Of a stretch of 64,000 bases of DNA, positions 52,635 through 63,676 are shown piece after piece. Each line of letters begins with the position of its first letter. Within the stretch, counting starts at the first letter, position 1. Origin of the DNA: Rebecca billardiae RCC1528 (lineage: Eukaryota > Protista > Haptophyta); the NCBI GenBank assembly GCA_965240325.2, contig OZ251222.1, forward strand, positions 1,860,001 to 1,924,000. Reading direction: 5' to 3'. The position numbers and the translations under genes were made by a program. The notes under the pieces were generated by a model. It was not told where the DNA came from, did no database searches, and saw only the letters and a list, made by a program, of their open reading frames with translations.

Positions 52635-55600
52635 CTAGACCGTCGTCGCAGCCTCCGCGTGTGACGACTCGCGAATGCCCACCCTGGTCATCGCGGCAGC
52701 CTGCTTGCCCGCCTGGCGCGCGCGTCGCTGACTGCGCCTGATGCCACCACGCGCGTGGGCGTAGAGCAGCGTCGCGGCGAGCGAGCCCACCGCGGTCAGG
52801 AGCACGAGCGGAAGCGCCAGCAATTCGAATGAGCTCCCGAGGATGTCCGGCGTGCGTGCGGGGCCACGCGGTGCGTGCGCTGCGCTCGGGAAGCTGAGCG
52901 CATCGTGCTCGAACGAGCTGAGTGCGGCGGGGACGAGGTCGGCCTGCGGCACGGGCTCGGCGACAGCGGCCAGAGCATCGTTGGCGGCGACCGCGGCACC
53001 GAGCCCTGCGAGCGTCGGCGGGGCAAACACCACCGGCGTGACGTGCGCCAGCTTCGACGCTGCGGCATCGTCGGCTTCGCGGGTGCAGCGCAGCAGGCCG
53101 TCCCGCGCGAGCGGGCACGCCAAGCCCGCGTGCGACGGGCACATGGGCTGGCGGCCGGCTGGCTCGCCCTTCGACTGCGCCCGCGAGCGAAGGAGCGCGT
53201 CACCGAGCCGCGAGCGCAGCCCCCCCCCGGACCGATGCGCAGGCACGCGACCGCCGGGCGAGCGCGCGACGCGACCGATCGTGGGCGTGCCCGTCTGGTT
53301 GGCGCCGGGCCTCGCCAGCGCGGCAGGGTCGAGGCGTGCGAGGGGCGCACGCGAGACCAGCGGGGAGCGCAGCGTGACGAGCGCGTCGGCCAGCGAGGGC
53401 GGCTGCGTGCCCTCGCACGCGTACGCGACCAGCTCTCGCATCAGCCAGATGCACTCGCCCGTGTCAGCGGCATGGCCGCCGTCCGATGGCCAGCGCTCAG
53501 CGCCGGCGAGCGATGCCGCGAGCTCCCGCGTGGCCGCGTAGGTGTCGTCCATGCAGCTCGAGTCGCCAAAGACCGCGAGTCGGCCTGCGGCCACAGGCGC
53601 GGCCGACTCGGAGCTCATGCTCGCGAGATGGCGCCCGCTGCTCACGTTGATGCTGCTCGGCAGCTGCGCCGCGGCGGTGGCTCCGGCCGAAGGAGCGGCC
53701 GACAGCGCGCCGAACTGCGCGAGTCCGAGCGGTACGACCGGCACCGTGCTCGGCGTCGGCCCGCCCTCCCACGCGCCCGCACCGCCGCGCGAGGCCGCTG
53801 CGTGCATCAGCACATCGAGCGCGGAGGTGTGCGCCTCTGCGCTCGCAGCCAGCTCCGCGCCCTCGTCCGCGAGCCGAGCGCTCAGCACCTGCCCGTGCGC
53901 CGGAAAGCGGCCGATGGCGGCCCCTGAGGCGAGGAAGGCCGAGCGCCCGCCCGCGTGGAGCGCGCCGCGGTAGCTGCCCTCGACGAACGCAACGCCGAGC
54001 GGCGCGAGCAGGGCGTTCAGCGCGGGCAGGTTCGCGCCTCCGGTCGCTGGCGCCCACCACGCGTCACTCGTCGTGTCATGGAACGCGAGCGCGCGCATCG
54101 CGCGCGCATCGTACCAGTCGGCGACGACGACGAGGGAGAGCCCGTGGACGAGCACGTCCGCGCGCAGCTTGGCGGCCTCGGCGTCGGTGTACGCGTCCTC
54201 GGGGTCGAAGAGCACGAGCGCGCCGTACTCGCGCGCGTCGAAGCACGTCAGATCGCACGCCAACACCTCCACTGAGAAGCCGGCCGCGGCGAGCGCGCTT
54301 GACAGCGTGGCCAGGTTGGTTGACGGCAGGTCGCCGCCGCTCGCGTCGAAGATCTCGACCGCGGGCGCGGCGAGGTCGTCGCGCGGGATGAAGCCCGGGG
54401 GGTAGCGCAGCGAGTGCCACGCGTCGAGCAGCACCCGCCGCGTTCGGGGCGGCGTCGGCTGCACGCGCACCGCAAGTGGTGCGGACACCAGGACAGACGC
54501 CGAGGCGTCGGCGGGCGCGCGAGCAGCGGCTGCTGCCCCGAGGCCGGCGTCCAACGGCTCGCAGCCGCTCAGCTCGACCGTGATGTTCCCGCGGAGCACG
54601 CCAGACGCGTGCTCGTCGGACACGGTGAGGATCAGCCCCAGCCACCCGCTCCAAGGCCAGAGCACGCCGCCCGGCGGCAGGGCGAAGCGCACGCGCAGCG
54701 CGTCGCTAGGGCCGCCTCCCGCGCCAGAACTCACAAAGCGCGGAGTGCCCACGATGCGCGAGCGCGCGCAGCGTGGGTCGAAGAGCGTGACGTTCAGCAC
54801 GCGAGGCTGCGCGCGCGCGTACAGCGGCCACTCACAGTGCGGCCACATGCGCGGGCAGCGCGTGAGATCGAGCTCGGGCGGCCAGAAGGATGGCTGCGGC
54901 CGGGATGTTGCGCGCGGCGCGCGCACGGCCGGCAGAGTCAGTCGCTCGCGTGCGCGCTCAGCCTCGTCAGCGCGCAGCGCACCGAGCGCGCCGAGGAGCG
55001 AGATCGCGCCTGCGCCCTGCTCGGCCAAGCTTGCGTCCGGCAGCTCGTCCGCCGTGCGCATCAGCAACAGCTTGAGCGACGCCGGGTTGAACCAGTCAGC
55101 CGAGCGCGAGGCGCCGACGAGCAGCGCGCCCGCACCCGTCGCGATTGGGCACGCAAACGAGGTGCCCGTGTTCGGCGCGCACGTGCCGTCGGCGCCGGCG
55201 GCGAGGACGCGGAAGCCGGGCGCGAGCACGTCGGGCTTGAAGCGCGCCGCACCGAGCGGCGGCTCCCACGCCGTCGGCCCCCGCGCCGAGAAGGGCGCCA
55301 CTGGTGGCGGCAGCCCGGCTGCGGCGCGCGCGGCGCCCTCGTCAGCGCCGAGCGCGCCGACGCCCAGCACCTCGTCCTGGTCGGCGGGGTTGAGCAGTGA
55401 GCCAGCCAGCGGGCCGCGGTTGCCCGCGCCGGAGATGACCAGGATGCCGCGCGCCGCGAGCTCGCGCACCTTGCCCACGAACAGCCCGTCGAGGAAGTCG
55501 GGACCGCCGACCGAGAGGTTGAGCAGCTGCACGCGTGCGCCGAGCGCGTGGTTGAACGCGTCGAGGAACCACGAGGTGCGCGACTCCTGCTGCGCGTTGA

Positions 55601-56291
55601 ACACCTTGTACACGAGGAGCGTCGCGTCGGGGGCGACGCCGGGGCACTCCGCGTGCGTGCCCGCGAGGAGCGACGCCACGGTCGAGCCGTGCCCGAGACG
55701 GTCCTCGGCGTCCGGCTCGTCCGTCCAGTTTGTCACAGACTCCACGTGGCGCAGCCGGGCGCGTGCGGCCGCGCTGAGGCCCGAGTCGAAGACGGCGATG
55801 CGTACGCCCTGGCCTGTGTGATTCCGGTGCCACAGCGACGGCGCGAGCAGCCTTTCGGCCGCCGCCACGCCGTCCGTCGAAGGGCCCCGGCTGTGCCTCC
55901 GAGCGTCGGCGCCGAGTAGGCCCCGCGAGGTGGCCCCTGAGCTGCTGCGAGCGCGGACGGGTCTGTCCGGCCCGACGGACTGAACGCCATCAGCTGCCCG
56001 CAGCGCGCGCAAGGCGCGCGCGCGCAAACTTGCATCACGCGCCGGCAAGAGGACCACCGCAAAGTCGGTGGGGTGTGCCGCGGCCACACTCGGCCGCCGT
56101 CCAAAGCAGAACCAGGGTTGCCGGGCGGAACCGGCGTCGACCGTGCTCAAAGCACCCGCCACGCGTGCAGCCAGCGCGTCTACGCTGTCATAGTCAGCGA
56201 AGTGCACGATGTGGCCCTCTTCCCGAGCGTACCGAGAAGTGGAACACCTGCGGTGTTCCACTTCTGTGTGTGGGGCGCCCACGGCCGCCAT
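52635..56291 (-). CDS. MBTPS1: membrane-bound transcription factor site-1 protease (SKI-1/S1P) homolog, subtilase S8
   Basis: Catalytic FDSG, LGHGS and GTSFACP. S1P-specific TSWFLDAFN, NLSVGGPDF, LNPADQ, CPRMWPHC and RVLLDAWHSLRYPPGFIPRDDL. RGLL propeptide-type site and C-terminal TM. Confidence 0.9.
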   Translation of the reverse strand: MAAVGAPHTEVEHRRCSTSRYAREEGHIVHFADYDSVDALAARVAGALSTVDAGSARQPWFCFGRRPSVAAAHPTDFAVVLLPARDASLRARALRALRAADGVQSVGPDRPVRARSSSGATSRGLLGADARRHSRGPSTDGVAAAERLLAPSLWHRNHTGQGVRIAVFDSGLSAAARARLRHVESVTNWTDEPDAEDRLGHGSTVASLLAGTHAECPGVAPDATLLVYKVFNAQQESRTSWFLDAFNHALGARVQLLNLSVGGPDFLDGLFVGKVRELAARGILVISGAGNRGPLAGSLLNPADQDEVLGVGALGADEGAARAAAGLPPPVAPFSARGPTAWEPPLGAARFKPDVLAPGFRVLAAGADGTCAPNTGTSFACPIATGAGALLVGASRSADWFNPASLKLLLMRTADELPDASLAEQGAGAISLLGALGALRADEAERARERLTLPAVRAPRATSRPQPSFWPPELDLTRCPRMWPHCEWPLYARAQPRVLNVTLFDPRCARSRIVGTPRFVSSGAGGGPSDALRVRFALPPGGVLWPWSGWLGLILTVSDEHASGVLRGNITVELSGCEPLDAGLGAAAAARAPADASASVLVSAPLAVRVQPTPPRTRRVLLDAWHSLRYPPGFIPRDDLAAPAVEIFDASGGDLPSTNLATLSSALAAAGFSVEVLACDLTCFDAREYGALVLFDPEDAYTDAEAAKLRADVLVHGLSLVVVADWYDARAMRALAFHDTTSDAWWAPATGGANLPALNALLAPLGVAFVEGSYRGALHAGGRSAFLASGAAIGRFPAHGQVLSARLADEGAELAASAEAHTSALDVLMHAAASRGGAGAWEGGPTPSTVPVVPLGLAQFGALSAAPSAGATAAAQLPSSINVSSGRHLASMSSESAAPVAAGRLAVFGDSSCMDDTYAATRELAASLAGAERWPSDGGHAADTGECIWLMRELVAYACEGTQPPSLADALVTLRSPLVSRAPLARLDPAALARPGANQTGTPTIGRVARSPGGRVPAHRSGGGLRSRLGDALLRSRAQSKGEPAGRQPMCPSHAGLACPLARDGLLRCTREADDAAASKLAHVTPVVFAPPTLAGLGAAVAANDALAAVAEPVPQADLVPAALSSFEHDALSFPSAAHAPRGPARTPDILGSSFELLALPLVLLTAVGSLAATLLYAHARGGIRRSQRRARQAGKQAAAMTRVGIRESSHAEAATTV

Positions 56292-56403
56292 CGATCCAAA
56301 AAGTCCGGATTCCGCCGAGCGATCGCCACGCGTTCGATAGTTCAGACTCGGCTGCTGATGAGGCTCATTAGCCTACCACGTAGGATCGATTCCTGCGGCG
56401 ACC

Positions 56404-57036
56404 ATGATGCTCGTCATCGTTGGCGCGCTCGCGCCGCTCTGCGCCGGCTTCGCAGGCGTGTCCGTTGGGACCGCTGTGCACGCCTCGCGCTACACGGCCG
56501 CGCGTATGCCATCGATCGCGCTGTGCGCCAGTCCGGCCGTTGCACAGCCCCCGCTTGAGACGGAGTGCGACTTTGACCATGGGCCACTTGCAGCCGCACT
56601 CGCCGGAGGCGACCTGCTCGAGGCAGACAGTATCACACGCCGGGCCCTGATCGAGCTCGCGGGGGAGCAGGCTGTCCTTAGGGACTTTGTCTACTTCACA
56701 GAGGTCAAGAAGATCCCGTATAAGGACATGGCAACAATCGACGCGCTGTGGCGCGCGTACACTGGGGACAAGCAGGGCTACAGCGTGCAGTCGAAGATCT
56801 TGCGATCACCCAAAGTGGCGGGTGACCTGCCGACGATGTACACCCGGATCGGGTGGTCAAAGGAGGGCGGCACCTTGCTTCGGTGGACGCCAGATGACGG
56901 GAACGAGTTCATCTATGACAACGAGAAGGCGCCAGCCGGTCACCTGCCGCTCACATCGACGCTGCGCGGCACACGGCTCCTCAAGGAGCTCATGGAGCAC
57001 CCGGCCATCGTCGACGCGTCGAAGACGCTGAAATAG
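56404..57036 (+). CDS. GUN4: GUN4 porphyrin-binding Mg-chelatase cofactor, plastid-targeted
   Basis: ADSITRRALIELAG..VYFTEVKKIP..DMATIDALWRAYT..GYSVQ..IGW..APAGHLPLT, with an N-terminal signal plus transit peptide. Confidence 0.93.
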   Translation: MMLVIVGALAPLCAGFAGVSVGTAVHASRYTAARMPSIALCASPAVAQPPLETECDFDHGPLAAALAGGDLLEADSITRRALIELAGEQAVLRDFVYFTEVKKIPYKDMATIDALWRAYTGDKQGYSVQSKILRSPKVAGDLPTMYTRIGWSKEGGTLLRWTPDDGNEFIYDNEKAPAGHLPLTSTLRGTRLLKELMEHPAIVDASKTLK

Positions 57037-58159
57037 GCGCGTGGACGGCGTGGCTCGATCGGCAGCTCGCCGCGCGGCACTTTTGGGGCCGCGCAGGCGT
57101 GCCAGGCGTGGACCGCGCCGCCCTCGCGGTCCGCTCCCTGCTTGTGCACTGCAGTCACTGCTGTCTGTGTATGGCTGCCTAATTTCACTTCGATCACTGT
57201 CACGAGTCACGAATGACGCCAAGACCAACAAAGAAGGACCGTCGCCGGGGCTGACTGTTGAGGCTGCGGCACAAATCATCACATCATCATCAGTACCACA
57301 TCATAGCAGTCGTCGTAGGTTACGGTTATTATTAACTCACACTCTAACAACATGATATAGCAGCACACATTGACATTCACATTGGCACGGCACTCACTCA
57401 CACTGACTAACACGACGACTGACGACACCACTACGTCTACCGTGACCGTCACCAGTTGTGTCCGTCAAAGAGCCGGAGGGCCTCGGGAGGGCGAGATAAG
57501 ATCCGGAGTGTCCTCAGAGTCTCTCACTGCATGTCAGCCAGCCCGAGTCGGACTCCGGGACCGTGACTCGTGAGGGCGACGAGCTCGAGTCCGAGAGTAG
57601 ACTCCGATATAGTCTAGACGTCAGACCGTCTGACGGAGCCGCACACAGAGAGAGAGACTGATGTGAGACTCCGCAGTGCGTAAGCTAGCTAGTAGCTACG
57701 CGGTAGCTAGTTACTTAATTCATCATTGCTGATGAGTGATGATGCATGACGATGATGATTGATGCTGATGACAAGTAGTTAACATGACGAGACTCTGCAG
57801 ACTAGCCGCCGCATGCTACTGCTGATTACATATATACCATTGTAAGCCGGCGGACGGCCGAGCCCGACTGTCCGACTAGGCTCATTGCTAAGTCATTCGA
57901 CTGGCCCGCGTGGTCGACTCCGAGATGACGCCCGGTCGGCTGCGGTCGCCGTCGGCCGGTCGAGACGGCGCCGAGCACGGTCGACGGAGACAGCAGCAGT
58001 CGACAACAGGCGTGCGACTAGAGCTCTACTACGACTAGCTAGTAAGCTACCGGTCGTTGGGTCACGGTAAATGGTGACGATATGATGATGATCCGGATCG
58101 GCGACGATACTGACACTGTACTGTACTGTATCATAGAATCACATTTCAGTCAATCGGGC

Positions 58160-59128
58160 CTAACGCTCATGAGCGCCAGCAGCACCACCAGCCGAGCACA
58201 CAGCGGGTGATGATGGCGGTCGGCCGGCAGGTGCTGTCTCTGGTGCGTGCGCCGGAGCTCGAGACGGGCCGTCCGCCGCACTGACGGCAGAGGCAGCGAG
58301 GGCGTCCGCGCACACCACAGACCTGCCAATGTCGCTGCAACCGTCGGGCTCGGGGCCTTGGGTGATGGGCACGGGCGAAGGATCAGCAGCTTCGAGCGGC
58401 GACATGCCCGAGGTGCACACCACATCCACGGCACGCGCCAACGCCGAGTCTTGGGACGACGCGACCTCATCCTGCAACCCGACCGCCGCAAGCATTCGCG
58501 TGACGCAGGCGCGGAGCTGTCGCTCGGTCACGCCAAACGCAGTCCACCACTCGCCGCGCAGGTGCGGCTCAGCCAAGGGCAAGGATGAGCGCATCAGCGC
58601 GTGGCCAATCGCGAGCGCGGCGACTGCGAGCTCCTCGGCAGCGAACTCGAGGCACATCGGCTCGGCGTACGAGTCGTTGATGGCGTCGCTCGCGAGCTGC
58701 ACGACGGCTCTGGGCTGACAGAGGCTGTGCGCACACCACATGAGGAAGCGGTGTGCAGGCGGTGCTGAGAGGTCGAAGGCCATTGCCCGGAGGACGTGCT
58801 GCTCGTCGCGCACGAGCCGCTCCTTGAGGCGCCAGTACTCGTGGCTGCTGTGGAGCCGCCTGCCGTGCTCCAGCAGGTACGCGCTGTTGATGACGTCGCG
58901 CATGCGCTTGGGTTGCTCCTCCACTTTCGTCGCGAGGAACAGGCACGCGATCGCAACGCGCCGCTGCTCGTCGACGCCTCGCTCAAGCCCCTCGCGGCGC
59001 CAGTGAGCCCTGCAGCGGTGGTAGAACGTCAGCGCGGTGGCCGACACCGTCTGGCCTAGGCGCAGGTGGCGAGCCATTCGCCTCAACATGTGCACCACAC
59101 GCGGCAGCGCCGCCATCGCCGCCGCCAT
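58160..59128 (-). CDS. transcriptional cyclin (cyclin L/K/Q-like)
   Basis: ATALTFYHR..VAIACLFLATKVEEQPKRMRDVIN..EQHVLRAMAFDL..INDSY cyclin box. Confidence 0.88.
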   Translation of the reverse strand: MAAAMAALPRVVHMLRRMARHLRLGQTVSATALTFYHRCRAHWRREGLERGVDEQRRVAIACLFLATKVEEQPKRMRDVINSAYLLEHGRRLHSSHEYWRLKERLVRDEQHVLRAMAFDLSAPPAHRFLMWCAHSLCQPRAVVQLASDAINDSYAEPMCLEFAAEELAVAALAIGHALMRSSLPLAEPHLRGEWWTAFGVTERQLRACVTRMLAAVGLQDEVASSQDSALARAVDVVCTSGMSPLEAADPSPVPITQGPEPDGCSDIGRSVVCADALAASAVSAADGPSRAPAHAPETAPAGRPPSSPAVCSAGGAAGAHER

Positions 59129-59209
59129 CGTGGCGTGTCGGCGAGTTCAAGTTTCCGTGGAAAGTGGAAAGTGAAAGTCGGAAGGGGCAAGTACGCGGGC
59201 GTCGTCGTC

Positions 59210-60835
59210 ATGGACTCGGAGCGCGAGCAAGTCCGCGCCTTCCTGCGCGAGCTGCGCGCTCCCGCCGAGCGCAAGTGGCGCTCGAGTGGCGGCCACGCGG
59301 CGGAGCGAATCGCCGCGTCGGACGACGCGGTGACGGTCTACCGCGAGGCATGCATCCTGCAGCTCATGGCGCTTGCGCTCGACGCAGAGAACTCCAAGCT
59401 CACCGACTGCATCCGCGCGCGCAACGCGGTGGCGACGAGGGGCGTGGGATCGCTCGGGGAGGCACGGCCGCGACCGAAGGCGGTTGAAGGGGACGACTAC
59501 ACTGACGGCAGCGCGCTCCAGGCCCGCCTCGTCGAGGCGAACGTGCGCGATGACAAGCCGACCGTCGCCCTCGCGTCCGGCGTGCACGTGGTCACGGGCG
59601 CGCGTGGGCGTGCGACACGACGCGCCGTTGTCGACCGCTTCGCGGAGCCAGATGAGTGCGCGATGGTCGCGGCTGCCGCCGTCGCTGCGCTCGCGGGCGG
59701 CTTCAGCCGCTGCGGCCAGTCCACGCTCGGCATCAGCCCAGCGCTCGCGCAGCGGCTCTCGCCCGCAGCGGCGGCCGAGGCTGGCGCCACGCCGCGCGCG
59801 ATGCAGCTGCTCTACGAGCTCGTCGAGCGCGCGCGCCGGCGCGTGGCCTCCGAGTTTGGCGTGCAGGCCGAGCTCCACGTGAGTGACGCGCAGGTGGCCC
59901 GGCTCCAGCCCGTCGCGCACGCACCGCACGCGCGCGCCGACGGGCTCCCCTCGCATGACGCCTGGGACGTGGGCCTGGCGCGCGCCGACACCTTCAGCTA
60001 CTGGCGGCCGCACGTCGACCAGGAGAGCGTGCGCTCGTACGAGTACTCGGCGTTGCTGTACCTCGACGAGCACGGCGAGGACTTCGAAGGCGGCCGGCTC
60101 GTGCTGCACGACGTGGACGTCGACCACGTCGTCGAGCCCCACGCAGGCCGGCTGCTGCTCTTCGAGAGCGGCGCGGACAACGTGCACGCCGTGCAGCGCG
60201 TGCTGGCGGGCACACGCTTTGCGATCACAATGTGGTTCACCACGTCGGCGCGGGACAAGCAGCCGGACAAGGAGCAAGGGGAGTGGCAGGCGTGGGCGCG
60301 CGCGTCGGTCGAGGCCAAGCAGGCCTCCGGCGCCGCGGCCGCGGATGTGGCCCCTCCGCCGCCGCCCCCTCCACCTCCACAGCCGGCCGCCAGCCGCCGA
60401 GCCGTTCCCACTCGGCTGGACACGCTCCGCCTCTCGGCGCTGTGCACGCTGCCGGCCGGCGATCCGCTCTGCCGCGAGCTGCTCTGCGCCGCGCCCGGGG
60501 GTGCCGTGAGCGTCGAAGTCCTCCTCGCCGAAGGGATGGGCTACGACCCGACAGCAGCGTGCGACTGGCACGAGCTGACGCTCGTGCCGCGCGACGGGGC
60601 CGGCGCGCGCGATGGCGCGGACGAGTCGGAAGGCATGTCCACCGACGTGGGCGTGCGCCTGCCCGCCGCCGAGGAGTGGCTCCATGCTCGCATCGAGGCA
60701 TGCGCGGCGCTCCTTCGGACGCTGCACTCCGCACCCGCCGGCGTTCACGTGGACGGAGCGGCGGCGGCCGTGGAGAGCTTGCCCGCCAAGAAGGCGCGTG
60801 CGCAGGTGCACGAGGCCTTCTCCGTGTTCGACTGA
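59210..60835 (+). CDS. 2OG-Fe(II) oxygenase (prolyl-hydroxylase-like)
   Basis: YWRPHVD (HxD), YSALLYL, DFEGGRL, VEPHAGRLLLF and NVHAVQRV..GTRFAITMWF. Confidence 0.88.
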   Translation: MDSEREQVRAFLRELRAPAERKWRSSGGHAAERIAASDDAVTVYREACILQLMALALDAENSKLTDCIRARNAVATRGVGSLGEARPRPKAVEGDDYTDGSALQARLVEANVRDDKPTVALASGVHVVTGARGRATRRAVVDRFAEPDECAMVAAAAVAALAGGFSRCGQSTLGISPALAQRLSPAAAAEAGATPRAMQLLYELVERARRRVASEFGVQAELHVSDAQVARLQPVAHAPHARADGLPSHDAWDVGLARADTFSYWRPHVDQESVRSYEYSALLYLDEHGEDFEGGRLVLHDVDVDHVVEPHAGRLLLFESGADNVHAVQRVLAGTRFAITMWFTTSARDKQPDKEQGEWQAWARASVEAKQASGAAAADVAPPPPPPPPPQPAASRRAVPTRLDTLRLSALCTLPAGDPLCRELLCAAPGGAVSVEVLLAEGMGYDPTAACDWHELTLVPRDGAGARDGADESEGMSTDVGVRLPAAEEWLHARIEACAALLRTLHSAPAGVHVDGAAAAVESLPAKKARAQVHEAFSVFD

Positions 60836-61280
60836 GCCCGGTGGCTGACTGGTAACGCGCGAGCATGCCGTCGAACCGCATCGTCGCATCCGTAAGCTGA
60901 TCACGGTTCACACGCTGGCCATACGCGCTATTCGCTCAGAGCACGCCGATGGTGTTCAAGTGGATGTGTCGTTTTCTACGGCTGCCATAGTCGTCAACGT
61001 TGACGCCGCGTAGTCCACGTTGGTGCCTCCAGCGTGGACGTGCGACACGCGTCGAGCACTGATGAGACTGTTCAAGTCACGGCCCTTGGCTCAGTGATGA
61101 CAATGAGATTGAGTGAGTCAGTCAATGCAGTACTGTACTTGTACTCATCTCAACCGCTCTTATGACCACCGTTCAAGGGCCACAACCTGCACAACGACAC
61201 AATCGTTGCCCCCCCGCGCGAGTCGTCGCGAAAGGAGGGCGACGGCAGGTCGGGCGGCGGCGTGTGCCCGCCTGCCGGAC

Positions 61281-61916
61281 ATGCCCGCGAAGAAGAAGCG
61301 CCAGCGTTCGCCTCCAGCAGCCGCAAAGGCGGCCGCAGCGATGGACGTGGAGGCGGAGTATGCACGGCTCTTTGCCATGTTCGACGCGCACCTGCCATCG
61401 ACAAAGATCGTGCCGTCCTCTGTGCTCGGCGAGGAGGACGCGGAAGTCGAGATCCACCTGCCATCATATTTCGATTACTACCCGGAGCTCAAGCGGAAGG
61501 TTCAGCGCAGCCCGCGGAGCGACGCCGTCGAGCTCATGCAGCGGTTTACTGACTTCATGCAGACGGGCCGCAAGGAGTCCCTGTGCGGCCTGATGGACGA
61601 GTACGGGGGTGAGACGAACGACTCGAGCAACCCGATCGTGATTGATGACGACGATGGGCCGGTCGGCGAGGAGACCGCTCCTGACTCGGATGGTCTGTGG
61701 CAGGTGCATCTGGGCGATGCCGGCTGGGCTGACTTTGACGACGCCTCAAACAAGCTCTGCGAAGAGGCGCATCGGGCAAAGCGCCAGCATGTCTCGTTTG
61801 TGGGCTACATGGGATTCAGATACGAGGTGAACTTCGCCACCAGCCTCCAAACCAACAAGGAGTCGGGGACTGTGCGCCCGATTCGACGGACGAGCGCAGG
61901 CGCCCTTTACGGCTGA
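61281..61916 (+). CDS. WWE-domain protein with basic NLS-like N-terminus
   Basis: C-terminal WQVHLGDAGWADFD..LCEEAH..YEVNFATSLQTNKESGTVRPIRR fits WWE. N-terminus MPAKKKRQR. Confidence 0.8.
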   Translation: MPAKKKRQRSPPAAAKAAAAMDVEAEYARLFAMFDAHLPSTKIVPSSVLGEEDAEVEIHLPSYFDYYPELKRKVQRSPRSDAVELMQRFTDFMQTGRKESLCGLMDEYGGETNDSSNPIVIDDDDGPVGEETAPDSDGLWQVHLGDAGWADFDDASNKLCEEAHRAKRQHVSFVGYMGFRYEVNFATSLQTNKESGTVRPIRRTSAGALYG

Positions 61917-62555
61917 CGAAACCGTCGACGCTTTCGGCTTTGGGTCGGCGGAAGCACCGCCGCGGAACCGCCGCCGGGGATGTGAAGCGCGTGCTGATGA
62001 GTGATGTCGATGATCTTATTCTTAATCACTTCATGATATGATGCGGCGTGCGAGCCACGTCTGCGACTGCCTGACCTGTGCGGTGACGACGACATTAATA
62101 ACTTATTAAGCTAGGTAGGCCGATCAGTTATAATTTATTGCGCTGAGTATTCCTATTTCCTGCTAAGACACGGACCGAGTACTAGTGTCTAGTCCGAGTA
62201 GCTAGACCGAACACTGCTAACCGTGCTAACGAACTAACAGACGATTATGACGCGCATCAGCAGATGATATCGCGCGTCACCGGGCCCTTCAAGTCTTCAT
62301 AGCTAGCCCACTTCACAATCACAGCCCGCCGAGCCGGCCGATCACCGCTTCAACTTAGGAGTTCAAGTTCAATGTTTAACTATAATAATTCGGTCGTATA
62401 CTGCTGTAGTTAGGCATCACCACTGCACCATACAATGACAAGCGCGCGATCCCGGACGTAGCCTACATGCACGTCTGACGTGATGCGACATGCTGATGCT
62501 CCTCGCAGCACGCCGCCCATCATGTGTCCATGATCGCCAGCGCGTCTAATAGCTA

Positions 62556-63506
62556 CTACTTGGAGCCGCCCCGGTTGAAGGGGAGCCGCATGATCTGCTC
62601 GTCGCTCAGCGTGTTCGCGGGGCCGAGGGGCGCGTCGACCGCGGCGGCGCTCGCGCTGCGCTCCTGCTCCACGCGCGCCGAGGCGTCGACCACCGCGAGC
62701 GCGCTCGAGCTGGGCACGAAGACGATGGCCTCGCTGTCGAGGGACGCGTCGGCCTGCATGCGTGCCACGAGGCTCTGCAGGTCGGTCACCTTGATCTGCG
62801 GCTTCGCGGCGCCGCCCGCGGCGCGGGCGTAGGTGGCGAGGAGGTCGTCCGCGGCGAAGAAGACGGGGAGTTGATCCACGCCGCCCTCCGAGCGGATCTG
62901 CAGCGTTGGCTCCACGAAGAGCGGCACCGCGCCGTTGAGCGCGTTGAGCGCGGGCACGTTTGCGTCGTCTCGCGGCTGCTGCGACAGCAGCTGCTTGGCG
63001 GTCGCCGTCGCCTTGGGCGAGGGGATGATGCTGAAGGAGCGGCCGCTACTCTGGGTATTAATCGAGAACTTCTGCGCGACGAATTGGAAGTACACCGTGT
63101 CGAGCGAGAGCGAGCGGATTGAGACGTCTGCTGGCTTGAGCAGCCGCGACGGGATCTTGCGCACCGCGTCCTGCGCGCCCGTGTACTCGACAAAGAAGCG
63201 GCCCTCCTTCGAGCCGTCGTCGAGGTCGTAGAAGACGGGCTTCCCGGTCTTCTCCGTCACCGCAAAGACTGGGACGGTGCTCAGCTTGGCGGCCACTTCG
63301 TCCTGCGTGAGCGTGCGCGCGTGCGCAGCCTCGGTACTGAGCGCGAGCATGCCCGCAGCCACGGCCGCAGACAGCGCCGATGAGAGCCACTGCGCGGGCA
63401 TCCGACCGATCGCCTCGGCCTGCGCACGCGGCGGCGGCGGCGCACGAAGCGCGCCGCAGTCCCGCGTCGCCCACGCCAACACGGCCACGATCGGCAGCAT
63501 TCTCAT
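62556..63506 (-). CDS. TIC22: Tic22-like plastid protein import chaperone
   Basis: VAAKLSTVPVFAVT..G.PV, LSLDTVY, F.IIP, GAVPLF, LPVFFAADDL and IKVTDL, with a bipartite leader. Start approximate. Confidence 0.85.
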   Translation of the reverse strand: MRMLPIVAVLAWATRDCGALRAPPPPRAQAEAIGRMPAQWLSSALSAAVAAGMLALSTEAAHARTLTQDEVAAKLSTVPVFAVTEKTGKPVFYDLDDGSKEGRFFVEYTGAQDAVRKIPSRLLKPADVSIRSLSLDTVYFQFVAQKFSINTQSSGRSFSIIPSPKATATAKQLLSQQPRDDANVPALNALNGAVPLFVEPTLQIRSEGGVDQLPVFFAADDLLATYARAAGGAAKPQIKVTDLQSLVARMQADASLDSEAIVFVPSSSALAVVDASARVEQERSASAAAVDAPLGPANTLSDEQIMRLPFNRGGSK

Positions 63507-63676
63507 CGTTCGCCGATCACGCGCCGCCATCGCGGTGACGTGGGCGAGGTTGCGCCCACCCGCCAGTCGATCGCCCAGAGCGCGGGGCGCTTGGAAGCGC
63601 TGCACCGTCGTGGGTCAGTAGCCGTCCGGGGCCGGGTGGAGTGCGCGCTCCTCCGTGTGCAGCTCACGGCCGCCTG

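Noticed and set aside
39659-61916. DNA-repair gene cluster (RAD51C, Wss1-like, WWE)
   Set aside because: The genes are 6-13 kb apart with unrelated genes between them, and nothing supports functional clustering.
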